From: Proteromonas lacertae
Taxonomy: Eukaryota
Reading direction: 5' to 3'
Length of the DNA stretch: 64,000 bases
NCBI GenBank assembly: GCA_002245135.1
Contig: NGBS01000312.1
Location: forward strand, 1 to 64,000
Made by a program: the position numbers and the translations under genes. This document shows, piece after piece, positions 14,356-28,133 of the stretch (position 1 is its first letter; each line of letters begins with the position of its first letter). A model generated the notes under the pieces. That model was not told the DNA's origin. It made no database searches and saw only the letters and a list, made by a program, of their open reading frames with translations.

Positions 14356-15149
14356 ATGTCAAAAGAACACCACAAGCATGAAAAGAAGCATAAATCTAAA
14401 GAGAAAAAAAAGAAATCCTTGCCTTTTGGAGCATTACTAAAGAAAAAACATCATCATAAAAAAGAAGAAATCAAAGTAAATATAAAAGAAGTCACTTTAT
14501 CAGGTAATAATATTATTTATTAATTTTATTAGCTCTTGATGAAAAAATAAAAGAATTAGAAAAAGAGTTACAAGAAACTCCAGAAATAGAACCACCACCA
14601 CTATCAGAATCAGAATCATCAGAGTATTTATAATCATTCATGTTTATATAATTCAGGGAAGAGAAAGAAATTGAAAAAGAAATTAAAGAAATAGAAACAC
14701 AAGTTGAATCAAATATTTATGCAAAATGTCATATATGTCTTCAAGACTTCAAAACTAGGAAGGAAATACATGTATAGAATTGAATTAATTGTATTTATAC
14801 ATAGAATCATGGATTGAGTAATACACACACGAAGAAATTAAGAGAGTTTTTTGATAGTGATAAAAACTTCAGTAAAGGAATTGAACTGTTTTGTCCAACT
14901 TGTCAAATTCAATTTTATTCATTAGACTCATTTAAAGACCATAGAGAATCTGTAGAACACTCAAATTCTGAGAATTTGAGAAAAAGAATGTTGTATTGTT
15001 CTTTGTGTAAGAAACAGTTTACTAGTAAAAATCAATTACTTGAACATATATCCCTTTTTTTTTACATCAATATTAATTGATGTTTAGATTCTTTAATTGA
15101 AATGTAAGAAAAAGGTAAATGGCATAAACAGAGAGTTTCAAGACAATGA
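14356..15149 (+). CDS. Matrin/U1-like C2H2 zinc-finger protein (three fingers) with Lys/His-rich N-terminus
   Basis: Fingers CHICLQDF..H....H, CPTCQIQF..H....H and CSLCKKQFTSKNQLLEH|EKGKWH. The third finger is completed only by removing a non-GT intron. Confidence 0.75.
15048..15107 (+). other. U12-type (minor spliceosome) intron, AT-AA termini, 60 nt
   Basis: The 5' end is ATATCCCTTT and branch-like TTCTTTAAT lies 10 nt before the end. Removal restores the zinc-finger spacing HxxGKxH (EH|EKGKWH). Confidence 0.75.
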
Positions 15150-15314
15150 TCATTGTTTTTATAATTTATTTTATTTTATTTATATAAATATTCTTGTTAT
15201 AACTGTTTTGTTAAGCTTATACAATGTTTTTAAATAATTCGGTGTGTGAAAAAAATAAATGGGTGTTTGAAATTAATCAAAACAGTTTGAATTTTTTAAT
15301 TTAAATTTTCATCA

Positions 15315-15882
15315 ATGAGCGGTAGAAAGGTATATTTATAAACATTTCAATTAATTCATTATCATCAATCTAATCTTAATAGCCAAAAAGATTTGCTCTA
15401 AAGTATGACCCACCAGCAATAGTGTTAGAATATGAAGATTTAGCTACAAAAAAGTTAAATCTACTAACGATGCATCTCAATGCTTTGACTGCAACATCAG
15501 TATAAATATCTGCTCTCTATTTGCGTAGAATCCAATAGAAGTTGCAACCAAAGTGAAAGACCATTTTGGTAGAAGAGTACCATTAACAGATAAAACAGAT
15601 AAGCAAGTATATTACTAATAATATGGTTTTTATTAAATAGCTCGATAGATTGGTGAAGAAACTAATAGATAGTTGTTCAGGTATTTTTATTTATTTAATG
15701 TTATATTATGCATAGTTGATTTGAATAAAGTAGATCCAGAAGACCTCAATAAAGCAAAAGCAGAAATGAATAATGTATTTGAGATGAATCGTCTGAAACC
15801 TGGTGATCCAGGATATGTTTATGAAATAGAAAAAGAATTTGTTCCAACAGAAGAATGCGATTGGGATGACGACGATGATTAA
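15315..15882 (+). CDS. CEP19: Centrosomal protein CEP19
   Basis: PKRFALKYDPPAIVLEYE at the N-terminus and DLNKVDPEDLNKAKAEMNNVFEMNRLKPGDPGYVYEIEKEF at the C-terminus; 4 introns. Confidence 0.88.
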
Positions 15883-16047
15883 ACAATTTTCTTTATAATT
15901 TATCATAGTGTATTTATCCATTTCAATTATACATATTTATTTAACAATCTGTTAGTTCATTTATTATTTTGTTGTTGTTATTGTTTTATTCCGGAAGAAA
16001 ATTCGAAAAAGAAAACAAGAATAATTTAAACGAAGATTTTGTTCTTT

Positions 16048-16954
16048 ATGTATTTATGTTTATTGCTTTTATTCATCATATTGTATAATCGGATTATATA
16101 ATATATCTAAATAGTGTGAATGGTGAGAAAAAAGGGTTGAGGATAGCTAACACAGTAACATTGAATGTATTCCTTTATTATTCACTTTTATACAATTTAA
16201 TAGAAAGAAATTAAAGAACCTAAGCTAGAAAAGCTAAAAATAATATTACAAAATGAAGACATGGAATCTAGTTGTTATAAAGAAAGAAAAGGTGTAAGAT
16301 GTATTGTCTATTTTGATTATGAAGAAAACTATAAAGAAGCAAATTCTGAGGAAATAAAACAGCTTTGTGAGAATAATAAGATGACTAAACCATGTACACC
16401 TTATTTTTACTTTAACAATAGTATATATAAAACAACAATGATACATTGAAATAGCTAATAAACCATTCTTATATATTAAACAAATCAAACACCATAATAA
16501 AGATGATATAAAGTATGTTGAGAGTTATATTAGTTTAAAACCAGAAGATTATGAATCAAAAATGATTGAATTTCTTATTCCAAAGCCAAAAAGATCATGG
16601 GGAGGTAAATTATCAAATGAAGAGAATGATAATTTTGATGATAATTTTATAGAAATATCAATAGTTCCAACTGTTTATCAATATAATGAGAATTTGATAT
16701 TAAATGTTAATGAATCAGCTTTTTTCTCTCACATTATTAAGTTTATAATATTAGTTATGATATTATATATCACTTACAAAACATTTGAAGTTGAAAAATT
16801 TGATAAAACAATTTACAGAGATATTTGTGAATATGATGGAGATGTTTTGATAGATAATGAAATGAATAAATCATCATTACCTGTTAGAAATGAAAGTATA
16901 GATGTTAACAATGAAGAGAATGAAGGTGAAACGAAAGAAGATTTACCAATTTAA
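16048..16954 (+). CDS. Hypothetical secretory-pathway single-pass membrane protein
   Basis: Signal-like MYLCLLLLFII, 3 GT-AG introns joining ORFs 16261 and 16562, and a TM segment IIKFIILVMILYITY. Confidence 0.6.
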
Positions 16955-17021
16955 AAGAAGAAATAGGTATAAAAAATATTTAAATTATTATTCTTTTAAA
17001 AACTATTTATTCTTTATATTA

Positions 17022-17229
17022 TTATTGTTTCTTTTTAAATTCAGTAGCTAAATGTTTAGGAGATCCTTTTAATGATACTTTTTCATAAATATCAAATCCA
17101 CTCTTTTCATAACCTAAACCACTTCCTAAAAACCTTGATCCACTTTCCATCAATCTATTTGCATTTTTCTGTGGTTTTGTTTTCTTCATTTTCTTCTTTA
17201 CACAACTCAACTATAAAAATAACATTATT

Positions 17230-17264
<35 letters not shown>

Positions 17265-19391
17265 TGGTTCACTCTTTGAAATATTAAATGATGATGTATT
17301 AAACGAAGATAGAGTAGGATTTCCAGCGATTGAAACTGCATTACTAATACTCTCAATATATCTTTCACATTTATAATTCTGCCTTGTATATGGTCTATAT
17401 AAATCAATATCTCTTTTATCCGATCTTTGTGGAATTCCTTTTCCTAAACCATTCCAATTTCTTTCTTTCTGTTCAATTTCTTCTTTTGGTTTTAAATCTT
17501 GAATTCTATAACCTATCATTCCATCATCATTAACATTTTCAAAATCTTTTATTTCTTCAGAAATATCTTTCTTTACTCTTTCTGTCTCTTTTAATCTACT
17601 AAACAACATATCACCTTCTTCAGCAGTTTTCTAATTAAAATAAAATATAATATAAAACATATATACTTCCATTAGCTTTTCTTGATGATTCTTTTCTCTT
17701 TCAATATCATTCAAATTCTCTTTAATTTGTTTAATTCTATCCATTATCATCTCTTTTTCTTCCATAAATGTATTGATTCTTTCTGTTACATCAGCGATTC
17801 TACAACCATACTCTCTTATTATCCCTTCTTGCTCTTCCTTTGTTTTCATTCTTCCGATATGATTTCTATATGCTTTTTGGATCTTTAATGCAGCTTTATC
17901 TTCAGATACTTGTAATTTCAAAGCATAAGGATCTTTCTTCGTCTTTGTAGCTTTTGCTAGTGTTTTTCTTATATTCAAAGCTCTATTTAATCCTCTATAT
18001 TTTATCCAATCATTGATTGCTTCTTCTTTTAATGATTCAGCTCTGTTTATATCTAATTGTACATTATCAGCTGCTTCATTTAATTCATTCAATTTTTGGT
18101 ATAATGCAATTCGATCTTCTTCTAATTCATTCTGTCTTTCATCTAATGTTTGTACAGTTTTGACAGTTTTCTATAATTAATAATAATAAAATAAATAACC
18201 ATACATCAACTAAATATTTACCTTGTTGTATTTGAACTTCAATTTCCATCTCTTTTGCCTTAATATCTTTACCTCTATTTCTCATTATTGAATTCTGTGT
18301 TGGAGTAATATAATGAGCTGGAGTCTCTGTACCTTTCAACCATAATTGAGTTGATAAAGGCTTGACTAACAAGCCTTCATTATTGGAAATTGCATTTAAT
18401 TTATCACTTTGTCTTACTGATCCAATTAATAACTCTCTTTCCGCTCTGAATAGACGTTTTTGCATTTGTGAATTTTGTTCATTTAAATCGATCATAGCTT
18501 TCTCTAATTTCTTATATTTTTCTTTCCAATCACTTAGTTGATTACTTAGAATATAAATTTTCATATCTTTTGACTCTAATACATTATCTTGATTCTATTA
18601 AATATATTAATAAATATATAATAATAATAATATACTTGTTCAATCTGTTGATGTGCTAATATCAATTTATTCAATACTTCTATTTTTTTTTCTAAACTTT
18701 CTTTCTCATTTCTCACTTTATCTACTATTGGAGGTAAGATTTTTGCAGCTTTTGCATCATTTCTTAATTCATTCATTTCTACTCTGGCATTGTGAAGATT
18801 TAATAAACTATTTGAATATAATACTAATAATAAATATATTATACTGTTCTTCTCTTTCTTTTTCTAATGCTGTTTGCATCAAATCAAACTTCTTTTGTAA
18901 TTCTTCTCTTATTCGATGTTCAATTCTTAATTCGTTTTGTGTATTGGTTAATTCTTCTTTATATTCACTATAATATATTGTTCATGATTAAAATCAATAT
19001 AAATACTTTATTTTCTTTACAGCTCCACTTCTTGCTTTCACTTCAATGTCTAGATCACTCTTTGTTTTTGAATATTGTTTTTCTATAATTTTATAATCCT
19101 TTTTTAGTTGGATAATTTCATTTCTATGATCTATTTCTGTTTTCTGTAAGGATTCATTTTGTCCTTTTAAATAAGCCAGCTCTTTATTTTGTTGATCTGA
19201 TATTTGTTGAAGCATAGACAATTTATTATTTAAATCATAAACATCATTGACTTTAGCCTGTTCATTTAAAATATAGATAATCTGTAGACAAATACTCTCA
19301 AATCTTGGTTCTGTTGTCGTATATCTTCTGTATCTTCGATCTGCTTTTTTAAATCTTCTATTGTTTTCAACAGAGTCTGTACAGCAGCCAT
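17022..19391 (-). CDS. Long coiled-coil protein with one IQ motif (centrosome/cilium-like)
   Basis: Heptad-rich exons joined by about 7 introns; IQ motif AALKIQKAYRNHIGR. Confidence 0.65.
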
Positions 19392-19455
19392 TTTAAAAAA
19401 GTGAAACGAACAAAACGATCAAAAATTCTGTAATTGTTCCAATTTTTCATTTTCA

Positions 19456-20777
<1,322 letters not shown>

Positions 20778-20850
20778 TAGTTATGGAGATTTTGATAATT
20801 AATGATAATTGAAACGGTTCTATTTTCATTTTCATTTGGGATTTTTTTTG

Positions 20851-21479
20851 ATGTTATCTCGTTTATCTCCAGCTTTAAGACTTTCATCTCGTCGTTTTAT
20901 TGCAGCTTCTCCAATTTTATTCAAGCACAGCGATGTTGAAATTATTCACAGTGATGCAGCACCAGAATATAAATTAGGTCTTCCAAGGTATATTTTTCAT
21001 TATTTATTGCTTTAGATTACAAGCTGTTATTGTATTAAATCACTCATTTATTTTTAGGTACCTTCTAACGCTGATATTATTTATACTTCAGGTCTATATG
21101 GAATTGACAAGAATGGTATGTTGATTAGTGATGACATATCGAAACAAACCAAACAAATCTTCGAAAATCTCAAAATTATCTTAGCTGATGCAGATTCAGA
21201 CTTAGACCATGTTTTTAAAACAACTTTGTTCTTAGAAAACATCAAAGATTTCCCAGCTGTTAATGAAATTTATAAGCAATGTATAATTTATAGTGTTATT
21301 TTGTAGATTTCAGTGAAATACCTCCAACTCGTGATTGTTGTAGTGTTCATGACTTACCATTAGGTGCAAAAGTATCAATGAGTGCGATAGCTATGCCACG
21401 TAAGAGATTAGAGAAAATGAGAAAATATATTGGTAATACTTATTCAAAACTACGTAGTACAGTAACAAGAAATGATTAA
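20851..21479 (+). CDS. RidA/YjgF/UK114 family protein with mitochondrial-type presequence
   Basis: Arg/Ser-rich acid-free leader (MLSRLSPALRLSSRRF); IYTSG, QTKQIFENLKIIL, VFKTTLFL, DFPAVNEIY, PPTR, LPLGAKV. Three introns flank a 16-nt micro-exon. Confidence 0.85.
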
Positions 21480-21567
21480 ATGTAAAAATATTAAATTAAA
21501 AAAAAAATAGAACTTCTATTTCACTCTCTTTATTCACAATCATTTTTATTGGGTTAATGAAACAACG

Positions 21568-22555
21568 CTATTGTTGATCATCATTATCTTCATGTTCAAA
21601 ATTTGGATCTTTCACTGATCCATCACAAAGAATAGTCAATCTAGACGTTAAAAATGGACCATCCACATTTAATCTTCTATATACTCAATATATAACATAT
21701 AAATATATCATACAAACATATATTATTTGCTTTATCTTCATAAGATAGATCAGTTATACTAACTTGAGCTTGTTCATAACAAATTAAAGAGATTTCTTTT
21801 GGATTAGACTTACCTTCATCAAATCCAAGATGTTCTTGTCTTTTCAACTCATTCTCTATTTCAGAACTCATTTTATCTTTTTCTTCATTTGCTTTATTCG
21901 TTCCTTCTTGATTATTTGATTTATTTTCATATTCTAACAATCTCTGTTGACAATCGGTTATTGCATCAGTACATTCTGATCTACACTGTAATAATTCATG
22001 ATTACAGGTTTGATAACTTCGAGTTATATCTATATTCTTATCTGTTAATGTGTCAATTTCTATTTCTAATTCTTCTATTCTACTGTTATATTGGAATGTG
22101 GAGGAAGATGATGAAGAGGATTGAATGGTGTTATTGGAAGGAGTTAATATAGATTTCTATGAATATAATGATTATTATTGTTATACATAATATGTTAATG
22201 ATGAATTGAGTAAATTCATTCGAAATATGCAATTATCCTTTTCAAATATTATTTTTGATAAATCCATTGACAAATTTGACAGTTTCTTTTGACAATTTGA
22301 TTCTGAGTAAGGCGTATTGACTATTTGAGAGATTAAATTTTCAATTTTTTCTATTCTACTATGCACATCTTGTTGATATATTCGTGTAATATCATTCAAT
22401 TTTAGTTCTAACTCTGATATTCGTTTTTCTGCTTTATAATACAAATCTTTATAATCAGGGATTGTTTCACAATTTGATTGGATAAAAAATGCAATCAATA
22501 ATATAAATAAACTATAATTACAGTATAATATTGAATTAGTGTGAAGAAAAAGCAT
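21568..22555 (-). CDS. Hypothetical secreted coiled-coil protein with Cys-containing C-terminal domain
   Basis: Hydrophobic leader, coiled-coil segments and a Pro-rich linker, joined by two GT-AG introns; no confident family. Confidence 0.55.
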
Positions 22556-22771
22556 TATATTTGAAAAAAACTTCAAACCAGAATCAAATTTAATCCAATT
22601 ACTTTTCTTTTTTTAAAAACAACCCAAAACAAGCAATATATTACGATTACGATTTAACGATACGACTTATTAACGACAAAATAATATAAAAGGTTCTTAT
22701 TAACCAAAAAGTAGAAGATCAAAAAAAAAAGGACACAAGAGGGGTATCTAAGGAGTGTCTTTTTGGTTTCA

Positions 22772-23647
22772 CTAGAAATAATATGCATCATCATCATATC
22801 TACGTCTTTTGCAGATATTACGTTGATAGTAATTCTTCTTTCTCTCACTACATACTTTACATGTTCTGGTTCTTTCACCAGTTCTTTTAGTAGTAAATTC
22901 TTTATAAGGTTTGGTTTGACTACAAGTTGAACAAACTAAGAATTGAGCTTTTGGAGTTACATGTCTTCTTTTTTGTCTTGGTAGTGGTGGAGGAGGTTGT
23001 TGCTGTTGTTGTTGTTGCTGCTGCTCTTGTTGTTGTTGATCTACCATCATTGCTGGAGTATTACTAACTGCATCTGAAGAAACACTAACAGATGAAGTAT
23101 TTGTAGATGTAAAACTCTCATTCTGTGGTTGATTCTGTTGAGTATTTACGTTTTCTTGTTGATGCTGTTCATCTACTGGTGTTGATGACTCTGAAGCAAC
23201 TGCTGAAAGAATATCTAAAGCGCTGGTGTCTTCATTCTGTGTTGTATTACTGACAGGATTGAACATTGAGTTGCTAGATCTTAAATCATCTTCAACTTTC
23301 TTATCAATTGTTGTTCTAATCGGGATTGGTTTAATGGGAGTAATTTTAAAAGGGCCACCAACAGTTTTCGCTTTTTTATTCGGTTGTATGTATTGCTGAG
23401 TAGGAACTGGTAAATCTACCTTTCTATTAAACATTTGTTCGAAGCATGTGGGGCAAATACCTACTAAAGCTGGGTAACTGTCATATTTAGATGATATGGG
23501 TATAGGATTATGACAAACTGTACATATTTGGTGTTGGACAAATTTTGGAGCTATATACTGAGGATACGCTCTTTCATAACGATAACGAATAGGTTGTTGT
23601 GGTTGTTGGTAAAAAACTGTGTCTGGGGAGTAAGAATTGTAATTCAT
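22772..23647 (-). CDS. Intronless Gln-rich protein with two CxxC...CxxC zinc-ribbon motifs (putative regulator)
   Basis: CTVC...CPTC near the N-terminus, ALDILSAVA, poly-Q, and a basic CSTC...TCKVCSERKK at the C-terminus. Confidence 0.7.
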   Translation of the reverse strand: MNYNSYSPDTVFYQQPQQPIRYRYERAYPQYIAPKFVQHQICTVCHNPIPISSKYDSYPALVGICPTCFEQMFNRKVDLPVPTQQYIQPNKKAKTVGGPFKITPIKPIPIRTTIDKKVEDDLRSSNSMFNPVSNTTQNEDTSALDILSAVASESSTPVDEQHQQENVNTQQNQPQNESFTSTNTSSVSVSSDAVSNTPAMMVDQQQQEQQQQQQQQQPPPPLPRQKRRHVTPKAQFLVCSTCSQTKPYKEFTTKRTGERTRTCKVCSERKKNYYQRNICKRRRYDDDAYYF

Positions 23648-24077
23648 TTAAAAGAAAACTGAATTATAAAAAAAACGAAATTCATCCAATAGAATTTCAT
23701 GCAAGCCTCAAATTAATCTTTAGAATAAATGGTTGTTTTTCTTTTGTTACTTCTCTACTGCCACTTTTGTTGAGATTTGGTGGCTGATCGATATATTAAG
23801 GTTAGTTTTTTATTTTCAATTTTGTCATTTTCTTTACTCTTTCTCTCGCATTTTAGTTATTTTCTATAAGAAGTTAATCTATTTTCTCATCAAGAAGTAT
23901 GAGAAGGAAGAATAAAAACTGCATCCTCTCATAAAAGTGATTTTTATCTTAAATAAGCTTGAATTATGGTTTGTGTTTCATTCCATTTTATTCTATTGAT
24001 AATCAAAAATAATGATAACTATCACCTAGTTTTATTTGCTTATCCCAAAATATATGCAATTAATAATAAAAAAAAGT

Positions 24078-24165
24078 AATGAATACTATAGATCTTCATC
24101 AAATATTATCCACCAAAAGATGGTTTACGATAATATCATCATCAAATAAGTTCTAAATATTCATT
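24078..24165 (-). promoter_or_regulatory. SECIS element (form II) in the selenoprotein K 3' UTR
   Basis: The minus strand reads AUGA-U GAUAUUAUC GU AAA C CAUC UUUU GGUG GAUAAUAUU UGA-U. This gives the GA/GA core, a 9-bp helix II, unpaired AAA and an apical mini-stem, with lower helix AAUGAAUA/UAUUCAUU. Confidence 0.9.
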
Positions 24166-24182
24166 CTAAAAGATATTCACTT

Positions 24183-24646
24183 CTACTTACCTCAGCTACC
24201 TCCACCACAAGCTATAAACAACAATTAATAAAATAGTATACAGAGATTACCGAATCTATTTGACAATCCAGCTGTCCTAGGACCTCTTGGCTCACTGAAA
24301 CTTGGATTATTATTACCACGATCGTGCATTTTGGGAAATCTTTTACTGTTTTCATAATCGAATCTTCCTTCACCACCTGGTCTTTCTATAACTCCACTTG
24401 TTACACTCGAAGTTTTACCAGTTCCCTGAAAGAAGAATAAAAAAAATGCTGACTATACATAGAACAAAGTACGGAAACTATATAATTAAAATTAAAATAA
24501 AACATACAAGAAAGTTATGAAGTTTATAACAGACCATAAAGTGTCTGTAATAATTGAAAGTCTCCAAGGGGATCTTTCACCTTCTACAACTTTGCCTAAA
24601 CAAATAAATGATGTGAAATAATCATACCATTAACTATATAAGTCAT
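24183..24646 (-). CDS. SELENOK: Selenoprotein K (in-frame UGA = Sec at 24192-24194)
   Basis: Five exons give MTYIVNGKVVEGERSPWRLSIITDTLWSVINFITFFFRTLF...Gly/Pro/Arg-rich...ACGGGS-U-GK*, the SelK signature. A SECIS lies just downstream. The gene is absent from the ORF track. Confidence 0.93.
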
Positions 24647-24714
24647 TTGATATAAAAAGAAGAAAAATAAAGAATCACTACTGTTTATCCAGACATATGT
24701 TGAGTTTTATATAA

Positions 24715-24799
24715 GCACGTTTGCCCGAGTGGTCTAAGGGGGTAGACTCAAGTTCTACTGTTGCAATGTGACTCGTGGGTTCAAATCCCACAGCGTGCA
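24715..24799 (+). tRNA. tRNA-Leu(CAA), intronless, long variable arm
   Basis: Acceptor GCACGTT/AGCGTGC, D-loop GAGTGGTCTAAG, anticodon arm GTAGA-CTCAAGT-TCTAC, T-loop GGTTCAAATCC, and a downstream T-run. Confidence 0.95.
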
Positions 24800-24861
24800 A
24801 ATCTTTTTTCTTTTTTTATCTTCTTCCCAAAGAAACACTTTTTTTATAATAATATTTGGAA

Positions 24862-27611
24862 TTATTGCAAAGGAAGAAAACAATCTTGTAGTTTACTCTC
24901 ATCAACTATTTTTGTAGTAAATTGATATTTGATTTTATATTTCTTCACTCCATTATTATATTCATCACATGATAATACAAGACATGGCTCATCTATCCTT
25001 AATTCTTCATCAACATAGAATCTGGATATAGTTGGAATATAGTCTTCATGATTAATAATTCTTCTTTTTTCATCTTTACATTTTCTCACATTTTCTGGTT
25101 TAATTCCATATCTAATCACACTTCCTACTTTTAAACTAAATTCATTTTTGAGATTATCATAATCATTTATTGTTGCTTTAACCCATTGTTCTTTTCTATC
25201 ATACATTAAATATACTTCTACCTCTTCACCTATATAATATTCTATCATTTCTTCTTTACTATCTTCTGCTTTCTTTTCTTCTTCTTCTTCTAACTTTTTT
25301 AAAAAATACTCTCTTATATCTTTAGCATAGTAAAACTTATCTCCATTTTCAATGTATATTATATATGTTTTATCACCTGTTATTGAATGAATAAATCCAT
25401 TTTGATTTTGATATTTTATTCTATCATTTATTTCATATTTATGGTTTATTATTGTTTTAGGTGATAATTCTTCTTCTTTCACTTTATAAGATACTGAAGG
25501 ATTTTTACTATAAATCTCTATATCATATAAATTGTTATTATAATGCACAAATATCACTTTATAAGTTGTTCTATCTTTTATAACAACATCCCCAATATTA
25601 TATTTGTTAGTCATTCTCAATGAATCTCTTCTTATTCTTTCCAATAACACATTTTCTTCATATCTTTTATCATCACATAATATTGAATAATATTTATCTT
25701 CTTCTTGTACTTTTGTTATTATTCCTTTTTCTCCTTTTATATCTATTATTCTATCACCTACAACGAATAATGTATTTGAATCATTATATGGATGAATATT
25801 ATCCTCATTCACATATTTATAATCATTATCATCATATAAAACTCCATAATATAATTCATATTGAGATTGATCATTTAGCTTATATCTTATCTCATTTATT
25901 TTACCTTTATATAAATTCTTTTTATAATTTGCTGAGACTGTCATTCCAATTCTATAATTATTATCTTTACATAACAGTAGATTATCATGTAATATATTTT
26001 CATAACATTGTTTATTATCTGTAATTGAGTAAGTCCTATTTTCATTAATTGATGTAATATTTCCTATTGTTATTAATTTTCCATCAAGAATTAACATTAC
26101 TTCATCATTTTTCTTTAATTTTGACATACTAATCATATATTCAGGAATATTATTAAGAAAATATTTATTTAACAATAATATATCATATGTATTATTTCGA
26201 CTATAAGATAATACAATTCCTGGTAAGATACAATTCTCATTGAAATGAATATTCACTTTAGTAAAAATACTATAACTCTTATTTAAATATGGATGAATAT
26301 TTAAGTAATCCACCAATTTATCACTTGAATAATCTGATGAAACAGACAATGAACTATTATTTACTTCACTAATCACACCTTTATTCCATTTATATTTTCC
26401 ATCTATATTCTCTCCGTATAACACTTCATCTCCTTTTTGATATTGATTTTCATATAATACATCTTTAATATCCATTCTCTTTATATACTCAATTTCTATT
26501 ATTGGAATATTCAATTTTTCATTATAACCAATAATATATCCATTCTGTTTTGCATTACTATATATTACATTACAAGGAAGTGATATTATATCTTTAGTTT
26601 CATCTACTTCTACAATATCCATTATTTTGTATTTGGTTTTAAATAAAGGATTATATTCACTTTTTTTTAAATCTAATTTATCAATATCATTGAATATATA
26701 TTGATTGTTATAATTTACACTAATTTTATCTTCAACTCTTACTATTTGAACATCACATTCCCTATTATCAAATTTTAATTTATAATAATCACCAATTATA
26801 ACTGTCTTACCAAATAGAAAATACTGTTTTGAAGATTCTTTCTTAAGATTTGTCTTTTGATCTTTTGCCATTTCAATATTATTTTCTTTTACATTGAAAT
26901 CATATCCACCATCTTCATATGTAATATTATAACTCCCATCTTCATTTATTCCATTAATTATTCCTTTTCTCTTGTTTAGACTTTGACTTAATAAATCTCT
27001 TTTATTTATTCCTTGATTTATTGTATTAGTCTTAAAAGAATATATATCACACCTATAAAAAATAATAAATAATTATACATTCCATTTTTGTCACTTTCAT
27101 CTAGTATTGTTCCATAACTATTATTTTTCTTTTCATACACTACATCACCTATTCCTTTATGTATACAATTATACTTCAAGCAAAGATGTATATGCTATTC
27201 AGTTTAAAAAATGAATATGAAATAAATAATACCTCTATTTTATCTTGTATTTCTTTGTATTGAAAATAATGTAATGAAGATTCTATTAATATTAATTCAT
27301 ATTCTTTTAAGTCATGTTTTAATTCCTCATCAATTAAGTCTTTGTAAGTATTAAATAACATTCTAATGGTTTTCAATGACTTTATAGACACATATTTAGT
27401 ATATTCTAAATCCAATTCTTCCAATCCTTTTATCATATCATACATATTTATATTTTCTCTTATTATTCTTTCATATTTACTAGTATTTATTTCTAATTTG
27501 GACTGTTTGCATTTGCTTCTATTTTTATAAAACTATAAATAATAATATATACATAAATATGTTCATTAATATTTTTGTATTTTTATATATTGTATTAATT
27601 GACTCCTCCAT
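24862..27611 (-). CDS. Protein with about 10 tandem Tudor/Agenet-like SH3-fold repeats
   Basis: Repeating Y/F-x-x-G-D/E-x-V ... G-x-I-x-x-I/V ... Y-x-I units (e.g. YQKGDEV, YRIGMTV, FVVGDRI, YNIGDVV, YYIGEEV). Three introns extend the 669-aa ORF upstream; the start codon is tentative. Confidence 0.65.
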
Positions 27612-27754
27612 AATAATGATGTTTACAGTAGATTAATTTGTTTTATATTTACGTTTATTTTATAAATCTATTTAATATATGCTGTTATTAAATAACAAAA
27701 ATAAACTATATTCTTTATTTGAAGTGTGTAAATGAAAAAAATAAATTCTAACAA

Positions 27755-27769
27755 TCAAGCTCTGCTTGA
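27755..27769. promoter_or_regulatory. Inverted pair TCAAGC-N3-GCTTGA between the divergent Tudor-repeat and Hsp70-like genes
   Basis: Read directly; same hexamer as at other upstream regions. Confidence 0.4.
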
Positions 27770-28133
27770 ATATAAAATGCTCTTTTTCTCATGCATTTTA
27801 TATCTAATAGATCTGAAAATGAGTTTTTGAGTATATAAAAATTATATTTAATAGGTTTATAGAATCTTAACATCAAATTATTCGCATTTAACTAAATACT
27901 GTGTATGGATTAATTGAGTATTATAATTTTTAGAATAGGATATTAATGATTATACTATTCAAAATATATAAAAATAGTCTATATTATATGTTTATCGAAA
28001 ATATCTCAATTTAAGCAAAGATGAACAGAAAAATATTAGCAGTTATTTATTTAATAGTCTATACACTTGTGATTGATACAAATATCTAGTTGAAATACTC
28101 TACTGTAAAATTGTGAGTATTTTTTATTAAATC

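Noticed and set aside
27780..28130. Extra exons upstream of the Hsp70-like gene
   Set aside because: Intron-like GTAT...TAG stretches exist, but I could not build a stop-free frame; at most this is a decayed fragment.
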